64,000 nt of DNA from Hormiphora californensis (Eukaryota > Animalia > Ctenophora): assembly GCA_020137815.1 (NCBI GenBank), contig CM035351.1, positions 1,364,001-1,428,000 of the forward strand, in the 5' to 3' direction. Position 1 is the stretch's first letter. The number at the start of each line of letters is the position of its first letter. Under the pieces are notes generated by a model. It saw only the letters and a program-made list of their open reading frames with translations, was not told the DNA's origin and did no database searches. Positions 12,909 to 28,377 of this stretch are shown here, piece by piece. The position numbers and the translations under genes were made by a program.

Positions 12909-13909
12909 TGGAGAGGTAGAAAAATGTTGTTATACCAGATCGTTGTTGTGATACAATATACGTCAGATCAGTGGAGAAAAGATGATTTCCACATTTTAAC
13001 ATCGGCATGTCATCCTCCAGACACAGCACTCACAAACAGACAAAATGGGGTGCAGTGTGGACTACTTACACTGTGATTCCAGTGCAGTGAATGTCTCAAC
13101 AAGAGGGTGATCAAGAAGCACTTCTTTGCACATACGATAGTGGAAGTACATGTGTGAACGGGTAAACATGGGTAGGCGAACCTCACTCAGCCACGCCATC
13201 ACTTTCTCATTGTGAGCATTCTGTGAGATGGTGGAGGTGGGGGTGATGTGTGTCACCTAGTAGTACCGCTGCAATGGTGAGTGTCATAACTGGGTGAGAC
13301 TAATAAGTCAGAATTCTAAACTCTTACGATATATCGTCGAGATAGGACTGGTTCAATAGAAAAACATTCTTTTCCAGGGAGGTATGTTATCCGCCTTGGG
13401 AAAACCTACAATGTTAATATCAAGGTAAATTGAGGAAGATAAATTGAGCTCACAATTATGAGTTAGCTTTACTTACAGGCAAGTTAAGAAACACATTAAA
13501 GTAGCTGATAAATGTTGGGTCCTTCAGAAGATGCTTCAAGTAGGAAACTGTGTAAATTGCCCCTGAAAACATGATAATGATATTACCAATACAAAAGTAA
13601 ATTGTTATGAAGATTTAGATTGATTTGCATCTAAAAAAGTGAAGATGGTTAGCACTCATTACTCAAATGAAAAAGCATTACTTTTTTGAGCGATTGAGTC
13701 GCTACGTCGCTTCATGATGTGTGTAGTTGTATCCAAAAGCTATTTAAAATCATTTTTCGTCATCTACAAGTGTGGGAAAGGAGTAGGAATAACTTCTGAA
13801 ATAGTGAACCATAATAAAGTTCAAGAGCGTCCAAAAGCGCACCAGATCCAGAAGAGACCAAATTCAAGAGTGCACCACATCCAGAAGAGACCACTTCAAG
13901 AGCGGTATC
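12909..13909. repeat. 1-kb segment, copy 2 (carries second copies of RGS-like 5' exons)
   Basis: Matches 10548-11548 and begins exactly at the gap edge. Confidence 0.95.
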
Positions 13910-14087
13910 TTTTGGATAGGGGGCTCTCTTGGAGTGGTCTCTTCTGGATGTGATGCACTCTTGGATTTGGTCTCTTGACTCTTTTGGATGGGGTGCCGCT
14001 CTTGGATATGGTGCACTCTTGAACTTTATTATGGTCTGTCTGGCGCCGCGACCCCATCTGAGCGCCGGCATACAGATTATGGTTCAC
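13804..14087. mobile_element. Palindromic MITE with internal CAAGAG/CCAGAAGAGACC subrepeats; right TIR interrupted by a 40-bp element
   Basis: GTGAACCATAATAAAGTTCAAGAG ... CTCTTGAACTTTATTATGGT[insert]ATTATGGTTCAC; TSD not resolved. Confidence 0.7.
14036..14075. mobile_element. 40-bp mini element (CTGT...ACAG family) with 8-bp TSD
   Basis: ATTATGGT|CTGTCTGGCGCCG...CGCCGGCATACAG|ATTATGGT. Confidence 0.8.
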
Positions 14088-14631
14088 AGTGAACCGTTCA
14101 CTTTCTGAGATAAGAAATTGTCCGAGTTTGGGCGTACGGCGTAGGCTGCATGCCCCTCTAAAATTGGACTGTAGCAGCATATGTCAAGGTTCGAGTTTTT
14201 GCTTGGTATACACTACAGAGCACAGGCCCTCGGTAGTCAGAGGATAATCCAGCGCTTTTGAAAGGTTTGAGTATGGTGGTATAAATGGCTACCCCGCATA
14301 TTTCAACTGTTTTGTGTAATAAATTCCTTGTTTACCTCTAATTCCTGAATATCTCTTAAAAATTTGGATTTTGAAAAATAAAAATCTAAAAACTAAAATC
14401 TGAAACTGGAAAAGAAAAATACAAAAAATAAAATACAAAAAATAAAATACAAAAAATAAAATAGAAAAGTAAAATTCTAAAAAATGAAATCTCTGAAAAA
14501 GAAAGAAAAAAACTGAAAAGTTGTTTTCCTGAAAAGTTGTTTTCTGGATTCATGGTAGAAATGGCTACTTGGTAGAAATGGCTACCCGCATGGCGCTGAA
14601 AAGACACGTCGATAACGAGGTAGAACAAATT

Positions 14632-17435
<2,804 letters not shown>

Positions 17436-18092
17436 ACCGATTGATTCTGGTGAGAATGAAACATATATCTGACTATCATCAGCATACATATGTATGGTTA
17501 GGTCGTATAATGCAGCAATCTTTTCCAGGTCCTTCATATATGGAGGCGAGACACTGTGTTGAGACGCGCACCATTGCGACGCGCATTGCGACGCGCATTT
17601 TGGCTTTGCGACGCGCACATGCGCGTCGCAATGCTTAAATGCGCGTCGCAATGCTTAAATGCGCGTCGCAATGCGCGTCGCAAAGCCAAAATGCGCGTCG
17701 CAATGCGCGTCGCAATGGTGCGCGTCTCAACACAGTGTCTCGCCTCCATAGGATAAACAACAACGGGCCAAGAATAGACCCTTGGGGCACTCCGATTTCA
17801 ATAGGTTTCGAACTGGACTCCGTCGATCCGATCTTAACCTTCGCAAAGCGTCCTGACAGGTAGGATTTGATCCATTTCAGAACACTACCTCCAATTCGAT
17901 ATTCATTCTCAAGTCGCCGTAACAGTTCTGAATGCGAGATGGTGTCGAACGCGGCCGAGAGGTCCAATAACACAAGAATCACCTGAGATTTGCTGTCAAT
18001 CTGCAAGAGGATGTCATTGACAATTTTCACGGTCGCCGTTTCGCAAGAATGTTTCGTTCTATAGGCGGACTGGAATTTAGCGAAAAGACAAC
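17436..18092 (-). pseudogene. Reverse-transcriptase fragment of an L2/CR1-group LINE
   Basis: FQSAYR...HSCETA, LVLLDLSAAFDTISH, GVPQGSILGPLLFILY, MYADDSQIY. Confidence 0.9.
17542..17747. mobile_element. Palindromic MITE with TGCGACGCGCAT subrepeats inserted in the LINE RT; AT TSD (ISL2EU/PHIS-like) or no TSD
   Basis: GGAGGCGAGACACTGTGTTGAGACGCGCACC ... GGTGCGCGTCTCAACACAGTGTCTCGCCTCC; excision restores the LFILYMKDL reading frame. Confidence 0.85.
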
Positions 18093-18123
18093 TCCAACGC
18101 AGAAATTTGGTAAAAAAGTAAAA

Positions 18124-18277
18124 AATGAGGCCCCTCGGAAATGTTCAAGTCATGCACAATCAAGTCACGCCCACCAATCACAGCTCAGAACGCGCGAAGC
18201 ACTCCGCGCGTTCTGAGCTGTGATTGGTGGGCGTGACTTGATTGTGCATGACTTGAACATTTCCGAGGGGCCTCATT
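18124..18277. mobile_element. Perfect hairpin element (73-bp arms, 8-nt loop), probable MITE
   Basis: AATGAGGCCCCTCGGAAATG...CGCGCG AAGCACTC CGCGCG...CATTTCCGAGGGGCCTCATT. Confidence 0.8.
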
Positions 18278-19348
18278 CCAACCAAATTTGGTTGGAATTT
18301 TGGCCAAAATGAGAATAAAATTGCGCGCCGCAAAAAAGCAGCTTATTTTGTAATATTTCGCCGCGACATGTAACGCGCGTGCACTTTTGAGCCGATTTAC
18401 GGTTTACGCGGTGCATGAGTGCACGCGAAATTTCAATTTTTTCAATTTTATTTTTATTTTTCCACTTTTTTTCAATTTTTTTTAATTTTCTTTTTCATTT
18501 TTTCTTTTTTTGTTAAAAAATTCATCGTGCACTCATGCACCGCCATAATGCTCCTTATTCGATGGCTGGGGTAGTTAAGCATGTCATACCCTTTAGCCAT
18601 AACAGGAATTAACCGCACTTTCTAGCCATTTATAATAAAAAAGAAAAATTTGGCGAAACTTCTCGTGGTTTGTTTTGTTTGTCTGTAGGTCACGGTTACG
18701 CTGATGTGACTGTCTCGATTGAAACTGGCGTGTGGTCCAAATACTGTTGTTTCAGACACATATGCATATGTACTAGAATATGAGCTAGTCATTTTAAGCC
18801 ACGTTGCCAAATGTAATGCAGATTAGCTGAACAGGGTTTCAGCAATCACAAAATCTTGGTTGTTTCATATGATAATGTACCGTCTTACATGACATGCACC
18901 ATTGCACTACATCGGAAGTGGCCAGAATCCAGATCACATATCTCAAATTGTTCTCAACCTTGAATTTGAAATGAAGTCAGGTAAATCTAGCGGTATGGTA
19001 CATAGTGCAAATATTTCTATCGTATGTAATTTGTGTGTAATCTCTGTTATAATTGTACATACTAAAACTTTTTTGTAATCTTGTAATAGTTACGATCTAG
19101 AAAACTCTGTTGTTAATCTTGTTATGTTCTAGAATTTTATTGTTTCCGCACCTAGACAAATGGCCTGGTTATGTGGTAAACAGGAGTGTACCATATTTGG
19201 AGCCCTGGAGCAGACGAATGATGGTGTTTCATGGAGTATTGAGAGACTGATGTTTAAAGAAAAGTCCAAACTTGTAATCTAACACTAGTTATAACATGCA
19301 TAAGTCACACACACACTCATTTATTGTCCTTGTATCACTAGCAATAAA

Positions 19349-20515
19349 TCACGAAAAGAAATCAAAAGTGAGAGCTTCATCTTCTTCATTCGGATCGTGT
19401 CTGTACCTGAGGTATGCGGGTCTCTCCCTACTAATATCCTCTACGCTGATCCTCTTGTCCATGTACCTGTGTCTTCTTATTCTCCTATCCGTCTCCAATC
19501 TCCCCTCCTCCGCTCTCTTATCCTGCTCAGCCCGTTCCTCCAGCAGCTTTGAACTGGTAAACTTCATCCGGGTTATTTTATCGTTCACCCCGGTTCCAAT
19601 TAGAGTTACCATCTCGTTCCTTATCATCCTCGCCTTCTCAATATTTCGCTCCTTCATCTGCTGCTTTACCAGCACGTTCTCCTCCCCACTTACAGCAAAC
19701 CTTTTGTACCGTCGAGGGTTAGGATCCCGGAGTGTACTCACCCATATAGCTTCATTCTCCTTACAGCTTATACGTCTATCAGCAAACTCTTCGTAGGAGA
19801 ACGGTTTTGCAAGGCATGACTGAAAGTAGGATTGGTGGTTATTTTTGGCAGATCGTGTCCGTTTCTCCTCCTCTGATCGTCTACTCCCTGGATCGGAACG
19901 TGCTGTTTTCGCTCTGTCCTTCTTTTCATTCTTCTCCTTCTCCCACGTTCGATGGAGGTCCAGCATGGTCCTACTAACTTTACTCCAGCTCCCATTTAAT
20001 GCAGGAACCTCAACCCCGGCCAGACCCAGCTCCTCCATTAACTCAGGGCACACCCTCAGGGCCATAGAAATGGTATGTTGCATGGAGTTGAGTCGCTGAG
20101 GAGGATCCCGTCGTGTTGGTTGTGGAGCCTCGTCCTCCTCCTCTTCTTGACAATCCTCCTCCTCTTCTTCGTGATGCTCAACAACTTCATCTTCCTCTCC
20201 GATATCTTGTCTCTGGATTAGAGATGCAGTCCTTGCTTTGATCACCGCTTCCTCCCTCGCCATCCTCTCCTCCTTTCTCTTTCTCACCTTGCTACGTTTA
20301 TACTCATTCAACAGACTCATCTCTCTGCTAACTTCCATGTAGTCCCAAATGAGGATCCGCAGCCGTGCAATCCTCTCCCTCTCCAGTCGAGTACACTTGC
20401 TCTTCTTCAGATTCCCCTCGATACTGTTCTGGCGGAGGTTCATTTTCTGGTAGAAACTCATGGAGTTGGTCTGGTATCTGAGAACTCCACCCTCGTGGTC
20501 CTGGGGATTGAACAT
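19349..20515 (-). CDS. Intronless ~388-aa highly charged protein of unknown function
   Basis: Long uninterrupted ORF with an acidic tract and E/R/K-rich segments; acceptor TTGTTTCAG about 10 nt upstream of the ATG; no family recognised. Confidence 0.6.
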   Translation of the reverse strand: MFNPQDHEGGVLRYQTNSMSFYQKMNLRQNSIEGNLKKSKCTRLERERIARLRILIWDYMEVSREMSLLNEYKRSKVRKRKEERMAREEAVIKARTASLIQRQDIGEEDEVVEHHEEEEEDCQEEEEDEAPQPTRRDPPQRLNSMQHTISMALRVCPELMEELGLAGVEVPALNGSWSKVSRTMLDLHRTWEKEKNEKKDRAKTARSDPGSRRSEEEKRTRSAKNNHQSYFQSCLAKPFSYEEFADRRISCKENEAIWVSTLRDPNPRRYKRFAVSGEENVLVKQQMKERNIEKARMIRNEMVTLIGTGVNDKITRMKFTSSKLLEERAEQDKRAEEGRLETDRRIRRHRYMDKRISVEDISRERPAYLRYRHDPNEEDEALTFDFFS

Positions 20516-21496
20516 CACCGAACCCCTGAAACAACAGGGATCTTAAATAGGACTAATGGAACATGGTGAACAGGATTTGACAGGATTTGAGTTATGCGGA
20601 CGCGAGTTACCCGCCAGAAATCCAAGATTTCTAAACCCTGTATGATATTTTTAGTACACGTACTAAAACGAGCATCCACCCGGGCATGGAAAAAATAAGG
20701 GTTTCACGTTCTTACCTAAAGCATCGTTCGGCTATTCGTGCAAGACTCGGCTTAGTAAAATGTTCCTGAGGCTTCTCCATTTCTACAAAATAATATGTAT
20801 GTTGAGAGATTGCATTCTCTGAACAAATCAACAACTAAAAATGCTTCTTATGAACAGCACTTATAATACAATCGGCAAATCAACTTCAGAGAAAGTGATA
20901 TCAAACACACGTTACAGTCAACTGCTTGTTATATCATTTGCCATACAACACAATTCCCCTTCTATTCTATCTTGATCAATCTCTCTCTAACAGTTATTCA
21001 ACGCTTTGATACGTGCCTCCTATCCGCCAATATCGCACGTACAACAGACATTTTAATTCGGAAGGCTTCATAAGTGAAAGTAAGCGCGAGTGAAAACAAA
21101 AGGGACAGAAGTGGAAGGAGTGTTAGAAAGCAGAGTTTTAACATGTAAAAGTATATATTGTGTTATAAAGTGAATAATAATGCATGATGGCGTGCACAAA
21201 GAGAGTGTATAATGCAATTGGTTAAATCGTTGCCGTCAATTGGTCTACTGGTGCCATGCTTCAGTTAGTTAGGTCCAGACTGGATATAATGTTTGAGAAA
21301 TGAACATTATTAAATCTCCTGATGATGCATTAGAAGAAAGAGTGAAGAACTCCACCGAGCATGAAATGGCGACAACTTGATAACTCCCCTGGCCCCGTTG
21401 CACTACAAAAGTGAGAACTGTGAGAGGAACGCGGAAAACAAGATTATGTGATGTAATACTGGATAGTCATGGCAAATAAAAAATTCAACAAAAGAT

Positions 21497-22030
<534 letters not shown>

Positions 22031-22754
22031 GTTTTACTATCTCTTCTACCTTTCTCTCTCTCTACTCTATTTTTCTTCTCTATCGTCTTTTCCCATTCTC
22101 TCTGGCACCAGCTTCTACATCTTTCTTCCACACTTTCTCACGTGCTTGGCAGTCCTCCCTCAAACTTCACAGGTCCAATGACAAACGTGGTACGGATTTT
22201 AAACTCTGTTTTGAGAGCTTTACCACTAAACCACCACACTAAATCACATCATGTGCTAATGGAATAACAACAAAGGAATTATATCATTCATCTTGTGATC
22301 AATTTCGTTCATAAATTCTTTACAATATGTTTTATCAACTTACACTAACATTTCCCATGAGCACTGTCAGTACAACAAATGGTTTTATGTCATCTGTGAT
22401 AAAATCATTTTGCATTTATGCACATGTAACTTTTCTTTTTCGAACATAGAGATAAGAAGAATTAGCTTTCTCGACTCTAGTTTTCGTGATCTAACAAACC
22501 GTTTTCTATAACCGAAACCTCCCTGGTTAGCAAGGTAATGGGACAATGAAGGAATGGAAAAGACGCTCAGAAAATGTGGCAGCTCCAGCGGTGGCCTCAG
22601 CCAGAGTAAGTTGTAGAGAAGTGTAAGTTAGAAATCTTTTTTTACATGAGCAGTATAAGTTGCCCGGGGGATCATATGTTTGTTAGTTTAGTTTAGTTTA
22701 GAACGCAAGGTTTTACATTTGATAGCTGACACCTCTGCTCCATATAAACAACAT

Positions 22755-22831
22755 TTCTCTGTCTATCTCTCTGTCTATGTCTATCTCTCTGTCTCTGTCT
22801 ATCTCTCTGTCTCTGTCTCTGTTTCTCTCTG

Positions 22832-22923
<92 letters not shown>
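22755..22923. repeat. (CT)n / (CTGTCT)n microsatellite immediately after the GALNT-like stop
   Basis: Direct reading. Confidence 0.95.
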
Positions 22924-24769
22924 ATTTAAAGAACCATCTGGCAAGGTTTACAGTCCATTTCTGGTTTACATTGATCACATCACATTTCATCATGATAATT
23001 CTCTCATTCTCCGGTAGCATATCCGGCCGTAGTACCGTCATTGTGATACACTTGCCACTGGGCGGGTTCTGTATCCACTGGTGCTCCTTTATAAAAACAA
23101 ACTTCTGCGAATCTCCAGGTTCACCTTCTACTGGGTGTTGTGCGTGACAAGGATTCCCCTTTATTGGTGAACCCTCATAATCCAAGTTTTCTGTGTCAAA
23201 ACATCTCGGTCCTGGTGTCATAATTGCACCGTTCTTGGTAAATGTAATCATTTGCTGGTCCATTACGTTAAGTGGGTAGTTCCTGCAGTAGTACAGGGTG
23301 GGCACCTCAAATCCAGCCATATCAAAACACATTCCAAGTGTGGCGACTGAGGACACAGAGCCCACTAGTGTGCACTGATCAGTATCGTAGCTAAGGTAAC
23401 CCTCCTGGATGTTCGATGTGAACCAATGGTAGTCGCTATGGCAACCCTGCTTCACCGGGTCGAATTGTTCCTCCCTGATTTCCCTGGATATGTTGTTGAT
23501 AAAAGCAGAGAATTCTTCCTTCCAGGTTACCTTCGACATTAGCTTCTGTCTACAGATATCATCTGAGCAGAAATTAAGGAGTTCTGCAACCGATTCTGCT
23601 ATGAGTTTTTTATTGAATTCTTTATCAAGGGAAGAATACCTCGTTAGGCCTGTGTCCCTTCCATTGGGGTGGAGTGTCTGGGGGATTCTAGGTTAGCTTG
23701 GTCTAGGGCAACGATGTAATAGAAAATGGATTACTTAAAAACATTATTCTATGCTTACCAGACTACAGTCGTTGCTCCAGACCCCATCTCCACACATCCA
23801 AGCTCTGAACGCTAGCCTGTTATTCTCCACTCCCCATCTACAGCTCCCGAACATGGGTGTCGGGTAGTAATCCAGAAGAGTGGATTTCAGTGCCACTATA
23901 CCTCCCCCCAACATTCCTGAAGAGGGGTAGGGCTCCCATGCCTCCTGGGGAAGGTTCACATTGGCATTCACCACTATCATCCCAAATGTATGGCAGATGG
24001 TTGTTACTACCCGCTGGTAATTAACATAACTATAATCATGTTCCCCTATCATTAGAATGTGGGGGACAGCCACCGCTCGGGGTTTGTCCGATATGATATC
24101 CAGCATTGGCTCCAACCACACATCCCCCATCTCCATGTGACTCTCCAGGATTGCTATTGTATCTCCCACCGCCTCCTGTATCCCCCTCAACCGGGACCGT
24201 CCTATTCCCAAGTTGTACTCATTCCTCAGGAGTCGGATTGGTATCCGCTGGGTGGCACTATACTCCACGATCTCAGCGGATATGTCCTCGTCACTACCAT
24301 CGTCTATAACAACTATCTCTACCAAATACTTGGGTAGCGTTCGGTGGACTATAGTGGTCAGGGTCCTCAGAAGGAGCGGTGCTACCTCGTTGTAGTATAT
24401 TATAACAACTGAGACCTTGTGTGGATAGGTCTTGTCCGTGTAATTTAGACAGTTTGGGTGTGTCATTCTAACTGGAGGAGGTAGCATGGCTCTCTTGTGT
24501 TGGACCTTCAGATTTCGGTGCAATCTCCCCTCCATTTCCTTCATCTTCTCCTTCTCCATACCCTCCAGCTGGTCTTTAAACTTGTACTCACTCATAAGAC
24601 GTGCTTTGAATGATGTCACGGTGTCAGCATAGTACTCCTCGCTGCCAGAAAGTGTCAGGGATATCTCCGTAGTGACGTCACATGATAGTAGGAGTTTCTG
24701 GGCGAGAATAATCAATGAAGCACACAAGATGCAGCTTGTAAGTAGGATCTGGAACAGTCTAGACTCCAT
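22922..24769 (-). CDS. Polypeptide N-acetylgalactosaminyltransferase-like protein (GT-A fold plus ricin-B-like C-terminus); exons 24769-23759 and 23677-22922
   Basis: N-terminal TM anchor, VSVVIIYYNE...LLRTL, EIVVIDDGS, ESH (DxH position), WLEPML, WGVEN, AFRAWMCG, and C-terminal C...QKF / QKW ricin-type repeats; the 81-nt GT-AG intron joins the frames. Confidence 0.85.
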
Positions 24770-25095
24770 TCAAGCACAGAACGGGAAATATCAAGCTTTT
24801 AAATAAAATTATCATGGGACCACCGCATGGAAATTGAAGGATTGCGTGGGCCGTGGCTTAGATTGTAGACGCCCAATCTTTTTTTCAAGTGTTCACCACA
24901 CCACCCCAGTTTGGTTCCAACGGGTGAGATTTATAAGGGTTTGCTCACTGTGCACCACAGGAAATTATAACCAGTTTCATAGCAGAGTACATGATGGTAA
25001 TGGTGGAATACATTTACTTCAAAATAAGCCACTATAACCGCTACTAACCTCTCTGAAAATAAAAGTTATATCAGATCAAAAAAATGATTATTGTA

Positions 25096-25732
25096 CAGGG
25101 TGTTCATTTTGGATCTTTACAAGCGTTGGGCTTCACCCAGAAAAAAGTTGACAAGATTAGGTCATGAAACTTCATACTTGGACTATTCTATACCCTCATT
25201 CAAGGTTCCTGGGGGTTTTGGAGCTTTAGGACCCTGGGAAGTGTGTTTTTGGCATCAAAACTACCAGAATGAATCTTTTGCTGGTGCTGAGACTTTGCTA
25301 AAATGTTTTTTGGGTATTTTCTATGTCAATCCTAAAGTTTCATACAGATTGGATGTGTTTTTCAGACTCAAAATTTCGTAAAAAGTGGCTGGAAAGACTC
25401 AATTTTAGCCATTTTTGAGCTGTTTTCGAGCCTTTCCAGCCACTTTTATCGACATTTTGAGTCCGAAAAACACATCCAATCTCTATGAAACTGTAGGATT
25501 GACATAGAAAATACCCAAAAAACATTTTAGCAAAGTCTCAGCACCAGCAAAAAATTCCTTCTGGTAGTTTTGATGCCAAAAACACACTTCCCGGGGTGCT
25601 AGAGCTCCAAAACCCCCAGGAACCTTGAATGAGGGTATAGAATGGTCCAAGTATGAAGTCTCATGACCTGATCTTGTCAACTTTTTTCTGGGTGAAGGCC
25701 AACGCTTGTAAAGATCCAAAATGAACACCCAG
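25096..25732. mobile_element. Tc1/mariner-type foldback MITE (~300-bp arms, TA TSD)
   Basis: TA|CAGGGTGTTCATTTTGGATCTTTACAAGCG ... CGCTTGTAAAGATCCAAAATGAACACCCAG|TA. Confidence 0.88.
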
Positions 25733-26194
25733 TATATATTGAGATTTCATTGATCACTTGATAACTGGGGACAAATGCGGCAACCAATGAGTGAGTTAGT
25801 TTTGAATAACATGTAGCGAGAAACAAAGATGACGATTATCACGTTAAATTGTATTACACACATTTACAATACCAGCTTACACTCAAGACACTCTTTAATA
25901 TTAGAGATTGTCTATTGTCCAATGTCCATACAGCAGGAGAAAACAAATACAAAAGATCTAGTGTGTTTGGACCCACTGTCTAGTTACATACCCACTGTGT
26001 ATGTTATTGTTAGCAGTGCGATCCTGTAATTGTGCCATTAACTACAGTTATTGTATGTGTAGTACATTAGTACATCATGTACACTAACAACGGTATCAAC
26101 TGACAGTTTCAATATCATCTTCCTCTTTATTCTTCTTCTCTCCGTGTAACAACGTGTTTATCAGCTAAACTAGTAATATGGCAAATACCTCATA

Positions 26195-26290
26195 CAGTCG
26201 GACCCAGATTTAGTGGCATCCTTGGGGAAAAATCCTGCCACTAAATCGAGGTGCCACTAAATCGGGGGCCACTAAGTCGGGGTCCGACTG
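26195..26290. mobile_element. Small pogo/Tc1-like MITE, TA TSD, GCCACTAAATC subrepeats
   Basis: TA|CAGTCGGACCC ... GGGTCCGACTG|TA. Confidence 0.8.
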
Positions 26291-26492
26291 TATTATGCTA
26301 GGACTCAATTCTTATCGCACATATTGATGGTACATCCATCATGTTATTGGGTTATTGTAGTCTCAGAAGCCACTGTATTGATTATATATCTGCCGGTCCA
26401 ACCTATTTTATAAAAGGTCCCACAGGATTGTACGATATTATCAGAGCCTGACAAGGATAAATATAAAAAGTAATAACCATCCTTCCTTTCAG

Positions 26493-27945
26493 ATCAGATC
26501 AGTATTACAAGTCTACCGTTTGTTATACCAAAGCGATTCCAGCTGACGGTAAGGATTGATATTTATTCTCTATACACCCTTGTTTTTTTAGAAATGGACT
26601 CCCAGTTCTGCGAACAACTATAATTAGATTCCTATATTCGGTGAAGTTTCTATTCTCTATCCCAGTAATTACACCCCTCCCCTTTTAGAAAGAGCACATT
26701 CCTGGTATGGAGTATGTCCTTGATCAACAGAGGTTTCAGGTAAGAGATCAGGGGAGTCAGTAACCACTTGTGTAATCTGTATTAAAAAGGGGTTGATGAA
26801 AGATCGCTATTTCGGTACCTGATCAAACGCCGTGTGGGGCTCGGGCGCGGTCGCCGAACGTCCACACAAGAGGGTTTTCAGCGCGGTTTGACGCGCATTA
26901 TGCACTGCGCTCTTCATTCATGTGATCACACACTCACACATACACACTTCTCTAACTACTCCTCCCCTTTCAGTATCACTTCGGGACAGAGGAGACGGTA
27001 CTAGCAGAACGTGAAACACGGCTCCAGAGGGAGAGGGAGGAGGAGGAGGAGGCGGCTCGAGCAGCAGCCGAGACAAAGACCCAGGAAACCGAGGAAACAC
27101 CAGTCACTTTTCCAGTTACATCTGAGATGTTAGTCCCTGTCACTATCAGGTCCGATAGCATCACCACTACAACTACTGCAACTCAGAACCGGCCTACAGT
27201 AGGGCCTGGAAACCACCTGGATTTCATTAACGATTTTGACAACCAAAACACAAACCCATTTGATGGTGCGGAGCTGCAGTCTCTTAGTGATTTTGACGCC
27301 CTCCGATCTGTACTGGAGATACCGTCCACCACAATTCACCGTGAGTTTGCTGCAGTTACAATCGATGATACAACTCCCACCAACACATTCGGAAATGGGG
27401 AGGGGGAAGGGGGTGAAGAACCACCACCAGAAGCAACTCTACCTACCCTCTCTGCTACAAACCCTTTTGCGAATCACGTTAATACAGAACCTGTTTACTC
27501 GACAGTAGGACCTAAAGATCCCCCTCCACCCTACCCTGGACCTGAACCTGTTAGGGCACCTGAACCTGTCAGAGCACCTGAACCTGTTAGGGCACCTGAA
27601 CCGCGGCTACCTCTACCTGAACCTGTTCCTGAACCCCCCGCGGCAGCTCAATGTCTGCTACCTGACGATCTAGTAGCCCGTATTATGAGTGAGAATAACT
27701 TTAACGAGGAGCAAAGCATGCACAAACTCCAGAACATCATGGACCTGAGAGACAAGCACCAGTGTGATTTGGAAATTGCAGAGGCGGCTGCCAAGCTAGA
27801 TAAAGGGGAGGGAGAGTTTATTACCCTTGTCAAACAGTTTATAGAACTGGGATTTAGTAAGGGAGACGTGTTGGATGGGGTGGCTGTATTTCCTGATGAT
27901 AGGGACTCCCTACTGGATTTTCTTATTTTGAAATCAAATTCATGA
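26493..27945 (+). CDS. UBAP1: Ubiquitin-associated protein 1 (ESCRT-I); exons ~26493-26548, 26688-26738, 26974-27945; first exon not located
   Basis: UMA-like LPFVIPKRF...YHFGTEETVL, HD-PTP-binding-like DFDNQNTNPFDGAELQSLSDFDALRSVL, C-terminal UBA QFIELGFSKGDV...DRDSLLDFL. Confidence 0.8.
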
Positions 27946-28377
27946 ACTGGTATATATCTCGTTCTCTCTCTTTCGTGTGTGTGAAGTTGTAATGTGAATG
28001 GAATTTTGTTCATTTTATGGACATCTATGATATGAAGAGGGCTGATGCTGAAGGACAATTTTAATCTTGAGAAACGTGTGTTATATTTTTGTGCGTGTTC
28101 CACCATGTGTTACAAACGCTTTATATCCCGTGTCTATATCTTTGTTCTCTGAGGGGATGGTGGGGAGAGCGTGTCTATATCTTTTTTCTCTGAGAGGGAG
28201 GGTGGGAGGGGGTACTGGTCAGGAGAGCTGGAGAGCATGTCTCGTGGTGTGTGATGTGATACGGTGACGGTTGATCACTGCACACCATATATGGGGTGTG
28301 TGGATGGGGTGGGAGATAACACGACGCGAGATATCCTCTCTCTCCAACGAGAGATAAGGAATCAGTCGAAAGCAATC

